Shown: positions 38,701 to 64,000 of the stretch, piece after piece
Numbering within the stretch: the stretch's first letter is position 1
How the letters are laid out: the number at the start of each line of letters is the position of its first letter
From: Phoronis australis
Lineage: Eukaryota > Animalia > Phoronida
Length of the DNA: 64,000 nucleotides
Direction: 5' to 3'
Assembly: GCA_002633005.1 (NCBI GenBank)
Contig: NMRA01000034.1
Location: 469,696 to 533,695, forward strand
Notes under the pieces: model-generated
Told to the model about the DNA's origin: nothing
Seen by the model: only the letters and a program-made list of their open reading frames with translations
The model's database searches: none
Translations under genes and position numbers: made by a program

Positions 38701-39840
38701 CAAATAAAGTTTCAGTCTGCTATTTTATGGAGTGGGATTTAGCTTCACCAGCAATAGCGTTGGACTGCAAACGCGTAGGGTTCAGGGATCAATTCCGCGC
38801 TGAGGCTGATCTCAGAAAAATCAGTTTACTCATACCTTTCCTATGAATGGTTGATATCAATGCAAAAATATCGTTTAGGATAAAATATGGTGGACCAAAA
38901 TTTTTTATGTATCTTTCGATTGATGAAGCAAGATTATGTGACATAATCTGCAGAAAACAAAGAAAAGGACATCTTTAAATCACAGTGACGAGACTGTGGG
39001 TGAAATGTCATGATAAAATCGTATTAAAAACCGCCAAATATACTACTTTGTGTTTAACATAAATTTCCAAGACCCTTTAGGGTGAACTAATTAGTTGATA
39101 GTGTGTCGACAGTGACATTACTGCTTAGCAACCAGTTCAAGACTCAAAGGTTTCTGTAGTTATCGGTTAAAGCAAACACGACACAGTGGTTTGATTATCT
39201 AGTCATTGTATGTAATACTAGTTTTATTATACAAAGAACTAACACACCTTTCACTTACAAGCATAAACACTGCCCATGGAACACACTTGGCTGTAAAAAC
39301 TAGGTTCCTTTTTGCCATATTTTCAGAGTTTTGTTTTTGTCACTTGTTACTCTCCAATTTCGGGCCTATGTGACATCACTGAAATTCTTTGTTAACAAAT
39401 CCTATAGACGGTAATTGCCTTACGAAGACATTCAAGAAAGTTTACAAAAGCCACAGCAAACCACGTTTCTTCTTCAAATAAATTATAGGCATCGACGACT
39501 TTGCAGACATAGTATCATCAATTTCGGTCGGATCTGATTTTGAATTGAGAACTTGATTTCATCTATTAAGAAACCATATATGGTTCTTTTTTATGAAAAA
39601 TGATAAACGTGTCATTATTTAGGTACATTTCTGTGGTATCATGGAGTTAGATTTAAATTCCTTGTCAGAACTTGCCTTTAAACCATTAATCAATTCTACG
39701 TCCTCGGGAACGTCTGGCTGTATTTCCACGGTAAATCCCACGTAACCCCTATCTTCCAGACTCAATGCCGAATCGCCTCGTTGTATAAGTGCGCACAAAT
39801 GTCCTACAATCACAGCAACGAAAAATCTTCCTAAGCTCAT
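25763..39840 (-). CDS. CLCA: Calcium-activated chloride channel regulator (CLCA)-family protein: signal peptide, degenerate MH domain, VWA, beta-sheet/FN3 region, TM and cytoplasmic tail
   Basis: Exons (minus): 39840-39676, 38472-38181, 37802-37279, 36374-36144, 35632-35419, 35154-35051 (second copies 32598-32385, 32120-32017), 31373-31248, 31057-30953, 30635-30353, 30087-29929, 29554-29327, 26340-25763. Phases are consistent. Family motifs: IQPDVPED, LYNAT, ITIIIPETW, CGESGKSIHF, HNVEAPSKQNILC, VIDISGSM (MIDAS), GGATSIG, LITDG, DDGLGADTTANDGIYS, PPGTIRDL, WTAPGED, YDIR. Confidence 0.92.
26570..27616 (+). mobile_element. 5'-truncated, decayed non-LTR retrotransposon with restriction-like endonuclease (Hero/R2-group-like), antisense in a CLCA intron
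   Basis: Translated fragments: GTKWEAAVAEADSRLR; PRNLSLW..CDSCGEPGTLQHTLSSC..GKYTWRHNQVL (CCHC knuckle + RHN); RPDVVLWS..VELTVPWE..KTLKY (PD-(D/E)xK). Contains stops and frameshifts, followed by a structured 3' UTR. Confidence 0.85.
27337..29274. repeat. Direct duplication 27337-28304 / 28306-29274 split by a single N (probable haplotype/assembly artefact)
   Basis: Identical 60-aa ORFs at 27701 and 28671, few SNPs between copies, N at 28305. Confidence 0.85.
32624..32815. repeat. Compound microsatellite (GT)n/(CA)n/(ACAT)n; allelic copy at 35658-35855
   Basis: Runs of catacataca visible directly. Confidence 0.95.
32824..34868 (-). mobile_element. DIRS/Ngaro-type tyrosine-recombinase retrotransposon fragment (gag end, RT, RNase H, start of YR)
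   Basis: Gag finger in an alternate frame GLCRRFNSAFCPQQHCRYLHRSITCNGLHPASACP. RT motifs SPLGLIPKKDSGKFRLIHNLSYP, KTDIQDAFR, LPFGLSSS, HHIDDF. RNase H motifs YTDSAS, KELFPI, CDN, HIPGKTNFITDKLSR. YR N-terminus LLRASLAPSTISTY, then truncated. Two frameshifts. Confidence 0.9.
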
Positions 39841-42170
39841 GTTAGTTGTGGTGGTATTAAAAAGCGATCCAACATGATCTCGGATATTTTACAGAGCGCC
39901 AACGTAAATGTCGAACAATCGAGTAAATGTACTTCTCGGTATATGAGAACCAATATGTCACACATAAACCTTCGTTCTTATCAAAAAGATAAACTGTATT
40001 GATTAATAAATATGAGATATATTCTACGGAATACACGATGCCCATCAGACGATGGTATGGAGCAATGCACCACCTCTTTACTGGAGGATCCAGGATCAGT
40101 CACGACAGGGGATGATTACAATGCTCCTCTGTGTAATTAACCTTAGAATGACGCAGAACAATGGGTGTTTTGTGTTGTTCTTCACACAAACTGAGAACTG
40201 AGGTAGAAACAACATTTCTGGAAAAATCACATACACAATGTATTGACGAGTACAACTAAACACACACGCCAGGCTAATTCAATTATGCCAGGACCAGAAG
40301 TCTAATCTTTGTACCCGAAATCAAACTCGAATGTATTTTTTGAATTTTTTAATTCTACTTACACGCACATGCAAAGTGTCGATTATTGTATCCTCGAGTA
40401 CAGAATGGTTAGCACGTATAACAATATTATTCTAGTTTGCACTTGATGAACCCAGCATTGGGGCTAAAAGTTCATGTCTGGACTAAAATTTTATTTTCGC
40501 GTTCTTATTCGAAATCTCGAGATCTGCTCGAGTTTTCAGCTCGAATATAAGGGCTGTCAATTAAAAACTTGGACTAGAGACTCGCATGTATAATGTACTC
40601 GAGAACAAACTAGGAGCCAATACTCTCGGCCTCGCACAAAAGTAGAAGAAAATGTTAAAAATCATTTCCAGCTCGATTTTGAATACAAAAATTAGACGCT
40701 GGTCCTAAAATGACCTGATACAAAATTATTGACATCACAAACATCCATATAGCATGTCAACGATAGTAAATAAACAATCCGGGTCAAACGGCAAAATGGT
40801 TTTTGTGTTAAATACAAGTTGGGCTTGTAATAAAAAGTAGTAATTGATAGAACAAAAATAACTGTGTGCTATGCGTATAAACCAAAAAATATATATCCGA
40901 AGCACAAGATTACATGTCGTAAGTATTTTAAAAATTAATTTTCTAAGCAAACAACTGCATTATTAACAGCAAAAATGTGGCACGTGACCACAAACCAATA
41001 TTGTTGTTAAGCAATTTAAAAATTTTTAAAGTTTTTTTAACATTCATCGGCTATTCACAAAATACTATACGATGAAAAAAAAAATAATAAACCACGAGCG
41101 TTGGTCACAGTTACTATGCCACTGGCCTCACTACGCTTTGTGATTAGTGCCATCTATTGGTTGGAAATATATGCACGTTCTATAGTTGTTATTTCAGTAA
41201 GAGTATATATTTCCTGAAAGTAGAAAGCATTGTAGACTTTCATTTTGGAGTTTCTTACTCAGCGAACTTGTCCGACAAGTTTGCCCCCTCACATAAAAGG
41301 TTGTCAGTATGATAAAAAACAGCAACTCTATCGGGCTGGTGGTACTTTATTTAGCGATTCACGCTTTTAGTTTGGCTTTTACAATGACCATCTTGTTAAT
41401 TTGCGCAAATTCTTACAGCCGGACAAAATGTTGGGCCCTCCTTGTGATATCCTAAATCCGCCACTGTAACGGTTAATTTGCCCCGCTCTGGCTACCAACA
41501 AATCTGATTATCGATTGTTTTCCTTCAGTTGATTTATCTTAAATCCGGTTCGTATTCCGGGTGTCACTACATGTGATTTTTTTATTTATGGATCTCTCAT
41601 TTCGCTGAAAAAAACGAGCATTGTTGACGAAAATTTTATTTATCGCACGTCTTGGAAGGGCCATTGCTCTAGTCATGACTCCCGGCAGCAGTATAGGTTT
41701 GTACTTTGAGCCCCTTGTCCGTCACAGCGTGGCTGATAGTAAGAGACCCGACTACCACAACCCATCTGAGCGCAGACAAACAATATCTAATGGCCTTCGT
41801 GAAATGAATCATGATTAACGATGCTCTTCGATTCTATGAATTATTTATTCTGACCTGAGTCCGCAGTCGGCCCCGCTTGTGGTACTAGGTATGCGGAATG
41901 GTTTGGGTATTGTAAGACTATTTTTGGACAGGAATATATTCAGTTCTGATTAGTAGCTAACATTATACTACATATTTTTTTCATACCATTTTTGTATTGT
42001 GCTGTTTGTGTTGTATACATGTAGGCTGCATGGAATCTGAATATTACATGGCTGTGTTTGTAAGTCGGGCGGGTCATTCTAGAAGACATGAGCGACATCT
42101 TTTGAGAGATAGTCTAACATTTCCTCCAATCAGAAGTGACTAATCGATCGTGTTCGAAACTGTTTCCATC

Positions 42171-63107
<20,937 letters not shown>

Positions 63108-63744
63108 CACAAGCCAGTAAACCACTGCCCTCTAGTGGCTGTATAGCTAAGGAGCCTCATGGAAAGGAGAAGCAGAAATGATACACGATGGATATCGTTC
63201 TCAATTCTTTTGGATAAAATGTTTTTAAAACGTGATCCCAACAAGAATTTTGATCATGTATTCAGCAACTGGTCATTCTGTTAATGTTGTGGCAAATACT
63301 GATAACCTATGGTTGTTCTTGTGGTCAATAAAGTGCATGCATGTATTTAAAATGTTACGCAATGAAATATTGTATACCAGGTCTGACAGTTTTGAAAAGA
63401 GTTTCTGGTAAATGGCAAGCCACATGCGTGCTGTTCAAGGCATAGTTTATGTATAATGTACAACTTGTAAAATTATGTATAAGTATAATGCAATTCACGA
63501 CGCATAAATAAGTCAATGTTTGTTTTGTACGTATATTGTGTACAGGTTGAACAAATAAATGGTGGCATTCTGCTTCTGTGTTTTTAACAAAATTTATTGA
63601 AACAAAACAAAAACCCATAAAATCAGTATTGCTTTTTCCAACTGAGGTAAAAAGATGCTACATGATTGTATTAATCCACTCTCTGTCAAAATCTCACTTT
63701 TGGGTCACATCGTTAACACTTTATAAACTCAAGTCAATCTCAAG

Positions 63745-63999
63745 ATGGCGTGGAAATTATTTTGGAAACATTTTGTCCCGTCAGCACGCCATCTTTTGGC
63801 CACATCACGTGACGTAAGGAATATAAGTCTAAAAAAATTCCTGCCCGGACCAGGACTTGAACCCAGGACCTGCTTACTGTGCAGACGCTCTAGCTACCGA
63901 GCTGGATTTTTTTCAGATTTATATTCATTAGGTCATGTGATGTGGCCAAAAGATGGCGTGCTGATGGGACAAATTTTTCCCATATAATTTCCACGCCAT
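63745..63999. mobile_element. Inverted-repeat element (about 69-bp arms) enclosing a tRNA-like A/B-box core on the minus strand
   Basis: Arms 63745-63813 and 63932-63999 are near-perfect reverse complements. The core (63842-63904), read on minus, is agctcggtagctagagcgtctgcacagtaagcaggtcctgggttcaagtcctggtccgggca. Confidence 0.65.
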
Positions 64000-64000
64000 A

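Noticed and set aside
63842-63904. Functional tRNA gene
   Set aside because: It has A/B-box-like motifs but no convincing acceptor stem or full cloverleaf, and it is embedded in an inverted-repeat element.

Overview
AT-rich, intron-containing animal genomic DNA. The organism cannot be determined, but the gene and TE content suggests an invertebrate. Three spliced genes were reconstructed by hand from splice sites. (1) A + strand gene entering from upstream and ending at 21995 encodes at least 1347 aa in this window. It has at least three tandem copies of a six-exon, all-phase-0 module: a stonustoxin/MACPF-CDC-like domain with the T-H-Y-x6-G-G signature plus a helical bundle. A long Pro/Ser/Thr/Ala repeat linker separates modules 1 and 2, and the protein ends in a C2 domain. 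This concatenated pore-forming-type protein is the most interesting object here. (2) A - strand CLCA-family gene (39840..25763) has a degenerate zinc-metalloprotease motif (HQFAK instead of HExxH), two GC-AG introns, and a type-I TM tail with FERM/PDZ-like motifs. (3) A complete + strand N-myristoyltransferase gene spans 42171..63107 in 13 exons. Introns hold a DIRS/Ngaro retrotransposon fragment, a Hero-like REL-endonuclease LINE 3' fragment whose UTR contains permuted hammerhead-like core motifs, a 3.6-kb TIR element carrying a PHD-finger remnant, several MITEs, and tandem repeats. Four near-identical direct duplications are each split by a single N and are most likely haplotype/assembly artefacts.
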